Assembly: GCA_001803235.1 (NCBI GenBank)
Contig: MHBL01000443.1
Coordinates: forward strand, 4,533 to 68,532
DNA: 64,000 nucleotides
Origin: Lentisphaerae bacterium RIFOXYA12_64_32
GTDB taxonomy: Bacteria > Verrucomicrobiota > Lentisphaeria > Oligosphaerales > YB12-FULL-65-16
Reading direction: 5' to 3'
This document shows positions 36,658 to 44,969 of this stretch, one piece after another. A program made the position numbers and the translations under genes. The first letter of the stretch is position 1. The number at the start of each line of letters is the position of its first letter. Under the pieces are notes generated by a model. The model worked only from the letters and a program-made list of their open reading frames with translations. It had not been told where the DNA came from and searched no databases.

Positions 36658-37467
36658 GTGCTGACGCGTTCGTTCTGTCATTTCCGTGGCGTGAAGCGTG
36701 ACGGTGAACGGCACCTGTGGCGCCATGGCATCCTTGGGTGGGACGACGTGGAGCGTGGCGTCCCGTCAGGCATCCTCTCACCCGCCAAGACCGCGAGCCT
36801 GCGGGAGCAGGTTGCGGTGACACGCCAGGCCCTGCTCGCGCGGGACGCCGGGCACTTCCTGACTCGCCTGCCCGTGGCCGAACGACCACGAGTCCTCGGC
36901 GACTTCGCGGCGGAGACCGGATATCTGGACATCGAGACCGATGGGCTGTACGAGGGCGCGCGAGTGACCACCGTGGCTCTGTTTTCCCAAGACGGCGTGC
37001 GCGTCTTCGTGCGCGGGCAAAACCTCGACCGGCTGCCGGCCGCCATCGAGGGACTGCGGCTGCTGGTCACGTACAACGGGAAGCGCTTCGATATGCCCAT
37101 CCTGCAACGCGAGTTCGGCCAGGAGTTCGGCGTCCCACACCTGGACCTCTGCCCCGTCCTGCACGCCTGGGGCCACTACGGCGGACTGAAGGCCATCGAA
37201 CGCCGGCTGGGTATTGCCGGCCGCACTACGGGGGGCCTCGACGGCAACGACGCCGTCCTGCTGTGGCAGCATTACGTGGAGCAGGGCGATGCTGAAGCAT
37301 TGCGCCTGCTCCTGCGGTACAACGCATCCGATGTCCTGACGCTCGAACCGCTGGCCTGGAAGGCCTGGAGATGGGCCATGGACGGCTACCCCTTGCAGCT
37401 GCCCGTACCGCCGTCCCGGCTTTGCCCAAACCACCTCCAGACTCCTTGGGGAAGTCTGGCTCTTTGA
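36658..37467 (+). CDS. YprB/RNase_H_2-type DEDD exonuclease
   Basis: N-terminal SFCHFRGV..ERHLWRHGILGW, YLDIETDG, LVTYNGKRFDMP, HLDL..GGLKAIERRLGI and LRYNASDV. Confidence 0.82.
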   Translation: MLTRSFCHFRGVKRDGERHLWRHGILGWDDVERGVPSGILSPAKTASLREQVAVTRQALLARDAGHFLTRLPVAERPRVLGDFAAETGYLDIETDGLYEGARVTTVALFSQDGVRVFVRGQNLDRLPAAIEGLRLLVTYNGKRFDMPILQREFGQEFGVPHLDLCPVLHAWGHYGGLKAIERRLGIAGRTTGGLDGNDAVLLWQHYVEQGDAEALRLLLRYNASDVLTLEPLAWKAWRWAMDGYPLQLPVPPSRLCPNHLQTPWGSLAL

Positions 37468-37524
37468 CAACCGTATACCCCTGCATATAGTGGGTGCAGT
37501 CGCCCCCGGCCACTGCCGGTTGTT
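37464..37524 (+). promoter_or_regulatory. Short CRISPR leader with a sigma70-like promoter
   Basis: TTGACA (37464-37469)-16 bp-TATAGT (37486-37491), directly upstream of repeat 1. Confidence 0.6.
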
Positions 37525-37979
37525 CTCTTCCCCACGCGCGTGGGGATGGTCCGGCATTCCCGGCGCGCCGGCGGGAGAGCATGTACTCTTCCCCACGCGC
37601 GTGGGGATGGTCCTGTGGTGGAGCACCTCTCGCCGGGTGACCGCTACTCTTCCCCACGCGCGTGGGGATGGTCCTCATCCACGCGAGCAGCGACTGGTTG
37701 CGGCGGTCTCTTCCCCACGCGCGTGGGGATGGTCCCGACACGCCGTTGCCACCGAGCCGCACGGCCCACTCTTCCCCACGCGCGTGGGGATGGTCCCTAC
37801 TGCGTCTGCAAGCGCGACAAGACCGGCAGCTCTTCCCCACGCGCGTGGGGATGGTCCGTACCCGAGCAGCGCGAAGTTATCGGCCGGGACCTCTTCCCCA
37901 CGCGCGTGGGGATGGTCCAAACATGCACGCCCGGACGCCTGCGCCCACGCCCTCTTCCCCACGCGCGTGGGGATGGTCT
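37525..37979 (+). CRISPR. Type I-E CRISPR array: 8 x 28-bp repeats, 7 x 33-bp spacers
   Basis: Repeat CTCTTCCCCACGCGCGTGGGGATGGTCC at 37525, 37586, 37647, 37708, 37769, 37830, 37891 and 37952 (61-bp period). The last repeat ends in TCT (trailer end). TCCCCAC/GTGGGGA forms the hairpin. Confidence 0.98.
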
Positions 37980-37981
37980 CA

Positions 37982-38863
37982 TCAGCGAAGAGAGCGTGTG
38001 CGTGGGGGGGGCGGAAGCCGGCCTTGGAACCGGGGATCGCGCTGGGCGAAGGCCTGGGCGGCTTCGAGGTAGCCGACCGGGTTGCCGATGTCGTAGCGGC
38101 GTCCGGTGTAGCGCAGGCCGTAGACGGGCGTGTGCGGCAGGACGGCGCGGATGGCGTCGGTCAACTGGATTTCGCCGCCGCGGCCCGGGGTGGTCTGGCG
38201 CAGGGCGGCGAACACCTCGGGGGTGAGGATGTAGCGCCCGGCGATGGCCAGGTCGCTCGGGGCTTCGGCGGCGGTGGGCTTCTCGACCAGGTCTGACAAC
38301 TGGTACAGGCGGTCCGACAGGCGCGTGCCGGCCACGACACCGTAGCGGCTCACCCTTTCCATGGGCACCTGTTCCAGGCCGATCACGCAACCTCCATCGC
38401 GCTCGGTGTAGGCGTCCACAAGCTGCACGGCCGCGGGGCGTTCGCCGCACACCAGGGCATCGCCGAGCAGGACCAGGAACGGCTCTTCTCCGACGGCGCC
38501 GGCAGCGCACAGCACGGCGTGACCCAGCCCCTTCTGCTCCGTCTGCATGACGAACCGCACCCGGTCCCCGATGCGGTCAAGGCGTTCGAGTTCGCTCAGC
38601 GCCTCGGTCCTGCCGGCGGCCCGGAGGGCGGCGTTCAGCGCCGTGTCCGGCCGGAAATGGGCCGTGATGGCATCCTTTCGCGGGCTGGTGACGATGACGA
38701 CCTCGTCAACGCCGGCGGTGAGTGCTTCTTCCACGATCCACTGGATGACCGGCCGGTCGGCAACACACATCATTTCCTTGGGCACAGCTTTGGCGGCGGG
38801 CAGAAACCGCGTGCCGTAGCCGGCGGCGGGAATGACAGCCTTGCGGATGCGGAGGGCGCTCAC
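37982..38863 (-). CDS. galU: UTP-glucose-1-phosphate uridylyltransferase (GalU family)
   Basis: KAVIPAAGYGTRFLPAAKAVPKEM, QKGLGHAV, LVEKP and GEIQLTDAI. Confidence 0.9.
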   Translation of the reverse strand: MSALRIRKAVIPAAGYGTRFLPAAKAVPKEMMCVADRPVIQWIVEEALTAGVDEVVIVTSPRKDAITAHFRPDTALNAALRAAGRTEALSELERLDRIGDRVRFVMQTEQKGLGHAVLCAAGAVGEEPFLVLLGDALVCGERPAAVQLVDAYTERDGGCVIGLEQVPMERVSRYGVVAGTRLSDRLYQLSDLVEKPTAAEAPSDLAIAGRYILTPEVFAALRQTTPGRGGEIQLTDAIRAVLPHTPVYGLRYTGRRYDIGNPVGYLEAAQAFAQRDPRFQGRLPPPPRTRSLR

Positions 38864-38864
38864 C

Positions 38865-39881
38865 TCACGCCACCTCCTCCGCAGGCGGGACGACGGTGGG
38901 GCGGAGTACTCTGCAGTTGATGGTCGCCATGACGTCCACGAGGCGGCGGTACATGACGTCGTCCTCGTAGGTGCCGATGATGGCGCCGCCGGAGCCCGCG
39001 AACTTGGCCGAGGCGCCGGTGCTGCGCGCCTGCATGACCATGCGGTAGTTCTCCGGGGCGACGTGGAAGACGCGGTTGCGCAGGTCGAAGTTCGCGTTGA
39101 TGAGCGCCGGCAGCGTGGCCAGGTCGCCGGCCATCAGGGTTTCGTAGGAGCGCTGTGCGAGGTCCGCAAACTCGGTCATGGCGGCCAGGATCTTCCGGTT
39201 GTGCTCCTCGAACAGGACGCGGAGCCGGCGGTGGTAGACGCCCGAGATCTCGGCGCGCAGCGGGTCGTAGGCGATGTAGAGCGGCGGCAGCCGGTCCGCC
39301 GGAATACGGACATACTCGCCGTAGCCGCGCGACTCGATCAACGGCTGGTTGAAGTCCATGAACACCACACCGTCGTACATCTGTGCCACGCGGTCCTGGA
39401 AGCCGCAGGTGATGCCGAGTTCGTGGTTCTCGGCCTGCCAGCAGAGCGTGGCGACGGTTTCGCGCGGAATGTGCACCTCGTAAAACCGGAGCAGGCTCTT
39501 GAACATGGCGGTGCAGATGGCGCTCGAGCCGCCCAGCCCGACCAGGCGCGGGATGTCCGAGCGGTAGCGTACGCTGAAGTTGCGCTTCGGCAGGTGAATG
39601 CCGTGTTCGCGGCAGTACTCGACGAACACCTTGGTCGTGGCTTTGAGCAGGCGGATGCCGCCGTAGTAGCCGAACAGGCGCAACTCCTGCAGCATGGCGT
39701 CCATATCCGGGAACACGGCATCGTCCACATCGGCGGGGACAAACTGGATCTCGGGGCTCTCGTACATCGTGACCGTGGCCCCGAACTCCTGCATGGTGAA
39801 GGCAATCGTCTTGCCGTAGTAGCCGTCGGAAGGGTTTCCGATCAGGCCGGCGCGGGCGTAGGAAGTGGTCTCAAGCAGCAT
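38865..39881 (-). CDS. GHMP kinase, glucuronokinase-like
   Basis: SYARAGLIGNPSDGYYGKTI, IPRLVGLGGSSA, CGFQDRVAQ and AKFAGSGGAI. Confidence 0.8.
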   Translation of the reverse strand: MLLETTSYARAGLIGNPSDGYYGKTIAFTMQEFGATVTMYESPEIQFVPADVDDAVFPDMDAMLQELRLFGYYGGIRLLKATTKVFVEYCREHGIHLPKRNFSVRYRSDIPRLVGLGGSSAICTAMFKSLLRFYEVHIPRETVATLCWQAENHELGITCGFQDRVAQMYDGVVFMDFNQPLIESRGYGEYVRIPADRLPPLYIAYDPLRAEISGVYHRRLRVLFEEHNRKILAAMTEFADLAQRSYETLMAGDLATLPALINANFDLRNRVFHVAPENYRMVMQARSTGASAKFAGSGGAIIGTYEDDVMYRRLVDVMATINCRVLRPTVVPPAEEVA

Positions 39882-39979
39882 GAATAATCGGTTCTCCGTG
39901 TGCCGCTGCCGCTGCGCCACGCACGGCGGCGTCGCATCCGGCCGCGAGACTTGTTGTCACCTCGGCTCGTTGATTGGGC

Positions 39980-41167
39980 CTACAGCCCGTAGGCGGCGGC
40001 GACCTTCTTGCCGAGCTGGTCGGCGGCGAGCTTGCGCAGGTCCATGGCCTTGCCCACGGTGACGCCATCGGCGACCTTCTCGCCCTGTTGCAGGCTGGTC
40101 TCGGCGCCTTCCAGGACGAGAGTGGTGTAGAAGCCGAGTTCGCCTGGCGTCATCATGCGTTCCTGGGTCTTTGCGTCGAGCTTGCCATTGCGGTAGGCGA
40201 GGAACTTCTGGTACAGACGTCCCGGGCTGGTGATGCCGTAACCGGTGACCGTGCCGTCCTTCTCGAAGTTGCGGAACAGCGGGTTGACCTGGAAGATGCC
40301 GTCCGGGTGGATCTCGTAAAACCCTGGGTTGTCGAGGCCCAGGTCGAACAGGCCCTTGGCGCAGATCATACGGCTGGACTGCACGGTGGTCGCGTGCGCG
40401 GTGTTGGGCAGGTGCCAGCCGGTGATGATATGGGCGTGCGCGCCGTTGGCGAAGCGCACTTCGGTGTCGACCAAGTCGTAGCCTTTGATGACCGGCCGTG
40501 GCTGCAGCGCGGGCAGGGCGTGGGCGTATCCGACCGCCTTGACCTCGATCGGGGTCAGGTTCACGACCTTGATCAGTGCATCGGCCATATGCACGGTCAG
40601 GAACGAGATCGGCGTGTTGCGCTCGGCAAAGTCCGGTGAGGCGAAGAACATCGGCTTGTGGTTCGGGTCGGCCACCATCAGTTTATCGACCATGTACCAC
40701 ACGCCGACCTGGAATTGCCCGTAGCGGCCGCTCTGGTACCGCGCCTCGGCTTCCTTGATGCGCGGGTCTTCGCGCTTGTGGAAGTCGATACCGAGGAGGC
40801 GGCCGGTCTTCCGGGCCGTCTCAATCATGGCATGCGCATCCTTGAGCTTGGCCGCCGTCGGCTTGGGTACGACGACGTCGAGCCCGGCGTTCAGGCAATC
40901 GATGGTGGGCCCGGCGTGAATGTGATCCGGCGTGTTGACCTGGGCCGCATCGAGCTCAACCTTCTCGAGCATTTCCTTGTGGCTGGTGAAGCGGCGGTTC
41001 TGCGGGACCTTGAACGTGTCGCAGAACCACGTGCGGAACTGATCGTTGGGGTCGGCGACCGCGGCGATGTCCAGCATGTCGGTGAAGTCGCTGTGGAAAT
41101 ACAGGTGCTGGTAGATCTCGCGCACCACCGACCCAACACCGATGACCCCGACTCTGAGTTTCTTCAT
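39980..41167 (-). CDS. Gfo/Idh/MocA family oxidoreductase
   Basis: RVGVIGVG, VNTPDHIHA, VVVPKP and DFHKREDP. Confidence 0.85.
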   Translation of the reverse strand: MKKLRVGVIGVGSVVREIYQHLYFHSDFTDMLDIAAVADPNDQFRTWFCDTFKVPQNRRFTSHKEMLEKVELDAAQVNTPDHIHAGPTIDCLNAGLDVVVPKPTAAKLKDAHAMIETARKTGRLLGIDFHKREDPRIKEAEARYQSGRYGQFQVGVWYMVDKLMVADPNHKPMFFASPDFAERNTPISFLTVHMADALIKVVNLTPIEVKAVGYAHALPALQPRPVIKGYDLVDTEVRFANGAHAHIITGWHLPNTAHATTVQSSRMICAKGLFDLGLDNPGFYEIHPDGIFQVNPLFRNFEKDGTVTGYGITSPGRLYQKFLAYRNGKLDAKTQERMMTPGELGFYTTLVLEGAETSLQQGEKVADGVTVGKAMDLRKLAADQLGKKVAAAYGL

Positions 41168-41244
41168 TTGCACAATCTCCCCTGGATGCCAGTCAGCGAT
41201 ACGAAGGACGTATGAAGGCGCCTCGCGGCGGCCGCAGGAGCGGC

Positions 41245-42261
41245 TCAGACTTCCATGGTCCAGGCGTGGGTATCCGGCGTCTCGCCGTCCTGGATGGCCT
41301 TGACCTGTTTGCAGAGCTTCTCGAGGACCGGGCCGCAGCCGTCGCGCGGGCCGACGCGGATCGTCAGGTCGCCGCGGACGATCTCGTTGACCGGCGTGAT
41401 CACCACCGCCGTGCCGCACGCCCCGATCTCGGCGAAATCCGCCAACTCGTCGAAGGCGACACGCCGCACTTCGACCGGCATGCCTAAGTCCCGCGCCAGT
41501 TGCTGCAGGCTCATGTTCGTGATGCTCGGCAGAATGGACTGGGACTCCGCGGTGACGTAATGCCCAGCCTTGCTGATGCCCACGAAGTTCGACGTGCCGA
41601 ATTCCTCGACGTACCGGTGCTCCTTGGCATCAAGGTACAGCTCGACTGCGAAACCCCTGTCGTGCGCGACGCGGTGCGGTTCCAGGCTGGCCGCGTAGTT
41701 GCCCGCCACCTTGATGTGCCCGACGCCGAGCGGCGCGGCGCGGTCGTAGTCGTCCAGAACCACGGCACGGACGGGTTTCATGCCGCCTTTGTAGTAGGCG
41801 CCCACCGGCACCACCATGACGATGAAGGTGTACTCCTTGGCGGGGTTCACCCCGATCTGCGGTCCGGATCCGAACAGCAGCGGTCGCACGTACAGCGATC
41901 CGCCTGTGCCGTAGGGCGGGACGTAGTCGATGTTGGCCCGGATGGCGCGCTTGACGGCGTCGAGGAACATGGCTTCGGGCACCTCGGGCATGCAGATGCG
42001 CCGGGCGGTGGTCGCCATGCGCCGGGCGTTGGCGTCCGCCCGGAACACACGCACTTTGCCGTCTTTGCAACGGAAGGCCTTCAGCCCTTCAAAGGCGGTC
42101 TGACCGTAGTGCAGGACGGTTGCGGCGATGTGCAGATTACAATGCGGATCGGCAACCTGTTCGCCGTCGTTCCATTTGCCGTCGCGCCAGAGGTAGCGGA
42201 CGTGGCAATCGGTGTCCATGTACTCGAACCCGAGCTTGCTCCAATCGATAGACTTTTTCAC
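41245..42261 (-). CDS. ilvE: Branched-chain amino acid aminotransferase
   Basis: LHYGQTAFEGLKAF, SLYVRPLLFG, KVAGNYA, EEFGTSNF, ILPSITN and CGTAVVITP. Confidence 0.95.
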   Translation of the reverse strand: MKKSIDWSKLGFEYMDTDCHVRYLWRDGKWNDGEQVADPHCNLHIAATVLHYGQTAFEGLKAFRCKDGKVRVFRADANARRMATTARRICMPEVPEAMFLDAVKRAIRANIDYVPPYGTGGSLYVRPLLFGSGPQIGVNPAKEYTFIVMVVPVGAYYKGGMKPVRAVVLDDYDRAAPLGVGHIKVAGNYAASLEPHRVAHDRGFAVELYLDAKEHRYVEEFGTSNFVGISKAGHYVTAESQSILPSITNMSLQQLARDLGMPVEVRRVAFDELADFAEIGACGTAVVITPVNEIVRGDLTIRVGPRDGCGPVLEKLCKQVKAIQDGETPDTHAWTMEV

Positions 42262-42461
42262 CTCTGACGTATCCTCATGTTTGCCGTTCAGCCGGGTCGC
42301 CCGGGGATGTGTGTGCGGGCTCCGCCCGACGGGGTTGCCACCGAAAACACCTCGGTAGTTTAGCCCGGGTTCCGCGTCCGCGCCAGAGCGCTCACAGGAA
42401 TAACGTAATGCGTCAGTCGTGGGTGCACGGTTGGGCGGTAGATGGCCAAGGTCGCTAAATG

Positions 42462-42489
42462 AAAAGAGGCCGTCGCTATCGACGGCCTC
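42462..42489 (-). terminator. Intrinsic terminator downstream of rpsD
   Basis: GAGGCCGTCG-ATAG-CGACGGCCTC followed by TTTT on the minus strand. Confidence 0.7.
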
Positions 42490-42522
42490 CTGAAAGTCGT
42501 GTTCGGCAATCGCGCCGTCGAC

Positions 42523-43122
42523 TTAGCGAGCGTAGAATTCGACCACGCGCATGATCTCGATATTGGCGGGGATTTCCTCTGTCAGAGGCTCGCGTGCCAC
42601 CGTCACCTTGCAGTTTTCCTTCTCGAGTTCCAGGTAGGGCGGGGCCACGATATCCGTCTTCTGTGCGATGTTCGCAATCGCCGGAGAACGTTGCGCATTG
42701 ACCGAAACCACCTGCCCGGGCTTGACCCGGCAGGAGCAGCGGTTGACAACCTTGCCGTCGATCAGGATATGCCGGTGTGAAATCGCCTGCTTGGCGGCGA
42801 AGACCGTGGGGGCCAAGCCGCTGCGATACACGATGCTGGACAGGCGCATCTCAAGGTTGCGGAGCAGTTTCTCGCCAGTCGACCCGGTACCGGCCTTGGC
42901 CTTGCGGTAGGCGAACACGAGCTCCTGCTCGTTCAGATCATACAAAGCGCGCAGTTTCTGCTTCTCCATCATGAGGATTCCGTAGGTGGAGAGCTTGGTC
43001 CGGCGCCGCTGGTTCCCATGCGGTCCGGGAGCGTACGGGCGCTTGTTGCTCGGACATTTCGGGCTGCCCCAGATGCAGCTCCCAACCCGGCGGCACAGCT
43101 TGTGTTTGGGTCCGCGTTTCAC
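42523..43122 (-). CDS. rpsD: 30S ribosomal protein S4 (stand-alone)
   Basis: RGPKHKLCRR, PGPHG, YGILMMEKQKLR, LEMRL, AKQAISHRHI and VVEFYAR. Confidence 0.95.
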   Translation of the reverse strand: MKRGPKHKLCRRVGSCIWGSPKCPSNKRPYAPGPHGNQRRRTKLSTYGILMMEKQKLRALYDLNEQELVFAYRKAKAGTGSTGEKLLRNLEMRLSSIVYRSGLAPTVFAAKQAISHRHILIDGKVVNRCSCRVKPGQVVSVNAQRSPAIANIAQKTDIVAPPYLELEKENCKVTVAREPLTEEIPANIEIMRVVEFYAR

Positions 43123-43269
43123 AGTAGCTTCTCTCCTAGGTGTTCTGCCGTTCCGCGTTCACGTTTGGTGTTGCCTGCACGGGTTTACGTCCGCGGCACA
43201 TTAAGCCGCCGGACTCAAGCTGAGCCTTGACACGGCCGCTTGAGGCAAGAATGGAACGACGAAACGCTT

Positions 43270-43297
43270 ACTTTACACTCGGGAGCGCGGGTTTCAA
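43270..43297 (-). promoter_or_regulatory. Putative rpsD promoter
   Basis: Minus strand TTGAAA-16 bp-TAAAGT, implying a ~140-nt 5' leader. Confidence 0.45.
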
Positions 43298-43447
43298 CCC
43301 GACTGGACCGCGCCAAACCATGGGCAGGCGGTTGCCGGTTGCGGAACAGGAGAGCGGTTCGGGTTGGCTCGGGGGCTTGCGACGCTTGCCTTGCCCCGCG
43401 GCCAAAGGCCCTGAGCAACCCCACGGCCTTGCCGAGGGCGCGTCGAA

Positions 43448-43521
43448 TGGCTGCCCGGCCTGGACTTGAACCAAGACAAACTGATCCAGAGTCAGTTGTG
43501 CTACCATTACACCACCGGGCA
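43448..43521 (-). tRNA. tRNA-Gln (anticodon CTG)
   Basis: Minus strand TGCCCGGTGGTGTAATGGTAGCACAACTGACTCTGGATCAGTTTGTCTTGGTTCAAGTCCAGGCCGGGCAGCCA. Cloverleaf, T-loop GTTCAAG and encoded CCA. Confidence 0.96.
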
Positions 43522-43539
43522 GTCCGGCGTACTCTGCAA

Positions 43540-43567
43540 ATTATAGCTCGCCCTCGGCAGAAAACAA
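43540..43567 (-). promoter_or_regulatory. Putative tRNA promoter
   Basis: Minus strand TTGTTT-16 bp-TATAAT. Confidence 0.5.
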
Positions 43568-43577
43568 GCCGATTCCG

Positions 43578-43708
43578 CGTCTCGGAAGGCCACGCCTCTG
43601 CGCACACCAAGTAGGGGCGGCCTGTCCTCAGGCCGCCCCCCCCCCGGCGTGGGGACACGCCGGGGGGACTCGCCGCACGTGACGGTCACGAATCTTGAAA
43701 CAGCCCTG
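43578..43708. mobile_element. Second, left-truncated copy of the 3381-3535 MITE
   Basis: Aligns with 3407-3535 with a few substitutions. Right TIR ATCTTGAAACAGCCCTG is intact; the left TIR and TSD are absent. Confidence 0.82.
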
Positions 43709-43813
43709 ATTCGACAGTCCCATGTGTGGAAAGGCATGTCTTGACAGGTATACTATCTAGCTTGCGACGACAAGTAAGCTAACGGTATCTATACAACTTA
43801 GCACGGAGCTTTC

Positions 43814-44911
43814 ATGCCATTCGAACGAGGAACGGTTTCCTTCCGAGTCTGCCACCTGCCCGGGCCCATGCCGGACGACGCGTTGGAGCGGTTTGCGCGC
43901 AAGGCGGCGGTGCCGCTGGAACAGGTCAAGGATGAGCCGCTTTGGGGGTGGGTTTCGGGCCGGCACCTGCTCGAGCGGCGCATTGACGAGCAGACGGCGT
44001 ACATGGGCGGGTACCTGCACCTTTGCCTGCGGCAGGCGGAGCGTAAGATCCCCAACGCCCTGTTGCGCGCCGAGTGCCGTATGGCGGAACTCACGACGGA
44101 AGAGGCGCAGGGCGCGCCGGTGAACCGCAAGGAGAAGAAACGCATCAAGCAGGAGATCACCGAACGGCTGTTGCCGCAGATGCCGCCGCAGCTTTCGGGC
44201 ACCCCGTTTGTCGTAGACTCCAACGACAGCCGCCTGTATGTGGGCACGACGTCGCCGAAGCAGCTCGACCTGTTCCTGGGGCTCTTTTGTCAGACGGTCG
44301 GGTTCGAGCCGGTTCCCTTGACGCCAGACACGGTCGCCAAGGCGTTGCTGGACGTGAACCCCGAGACCCTGCCGCTGCTGAACTTTTCCCCCGACTTGGC
44401 GGACGTCAATGCGGGCGGCTCGGTCGGACAGAACTTCCTGACTTGGCTGTGGTTCTTTCTTGAGGATCGGAATGGCGTTCTGCCGGCGTCGCAGTTGGGC
44501 GAGTTCTCGATGCTGCTCGACGGGCCGCTGGTGTTTGTCTCCGAAGGTGGCGGCGCACTCGATTGCGTGATCCGCAAGGGCATGCCCACGGCGAGCGCCG
44601 AGGCGAAGACCGCACTGATGGTCGGCAAGAAGCTGAAGCGCGCCAAGCTTGTCCTGGCGCGCAAGCGGGGCGAGGAATGGTCGGTCACTCTGGACGCGGA
44701 CGAGTTCGTGTTCCGGTCGTTGAAACTGCCCGAGGGCGAGGCGCTGGACCCTGGCAGCATCTTTGAGGAGCGCATGACGAACCTGTACACCTTTCAGAAG
44801 GTGTTCTTCGCGCTGTTCGAGCACTACGTCGCCGAGTTTGCGCAGAAGGGTAAAGCCAAAGCGTTCCAGGAAAGAGCGAAGAAGTGGGTCAAGGAGCGCG
44901 ACGCGCGTTGA
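43814..44911 (+). CDS. rdgC: Recombination-associated protein RdgC-like
   Basis: GTVSFR, WGWV, LRQAERKIPNALL, KEKKRIKQEITERLLPQ, NFLTWLWF and EAKTALMVGKKLKRA. Confidence 0.7.
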   Translation: MPFERGTVSFRVCHLPGPMPDDALERFARKAAVPLEQVKDEPLWGWVSGRHLLERRIDEQTAYMGGYLHLCLRQAERKIPNALLRAECRMAELTTEEAQGAPVNRKEKKRIKQEITERLLPQMPPQLSGTPFVVDSNDSRLYVGTTSPKQLDLFLGLFCQTVGFEPVPLTPDTVAKALLDVNPETLPLLNFSPDLADVNAGGSVGQNFLTWLWFFLEDRNGVLPASQLGEFSMLLDGPLVFVSEGGGALDCVIRKGMPTASAEAKTALMVGKKLKRAKLVLARKRGEEWSVTLDADEFVFRSLKLPEGEALDPGSIFEERMTNLYTFQKVFFALFEHYVAEFAQKGKAKAFQERAKKWVKERDAR

Positions 44912-44969
44912 GGCCCCCAAACCTCTGACGCTTTGAACCCCTGAACCTTACCCACAAGGATGGTGTACC

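Noticed and set aside
37553-37951. Self-targeting spacers
   Set aside because: Only a ~10-bp match was noticed (GTACCCGAGC near 11322), which is expected by chance. An exhaustive search was not possible without tools.
38013-38040. Possible ninth degenerate CRISPR repeat (GGGGAT at 38032)
   Set aside because: It is off the 61-bp register by 2 bp, lacks the left arm of the hairpin and lies within galU coding sequence.
37226-38296. Several ORFs with repeated peptides ([26 protein letters not shown])
   Set aside because: They are translations of the CRISPR repeats, not proteins.
43448-43708. tRNA-Gln as a prophage or island attachment site
   Set aside because: No integrase and no duplicated tRNA 3' end were seen. 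Neighbours are housekeeping genes, with only a MITE remnant adjacent.
43741-43790. TTGACA upstream of the rdgC-like gene as a sigma70 promoter
   Set aside because: No acceptable -10 hexamer at 16-18 bp spacing.
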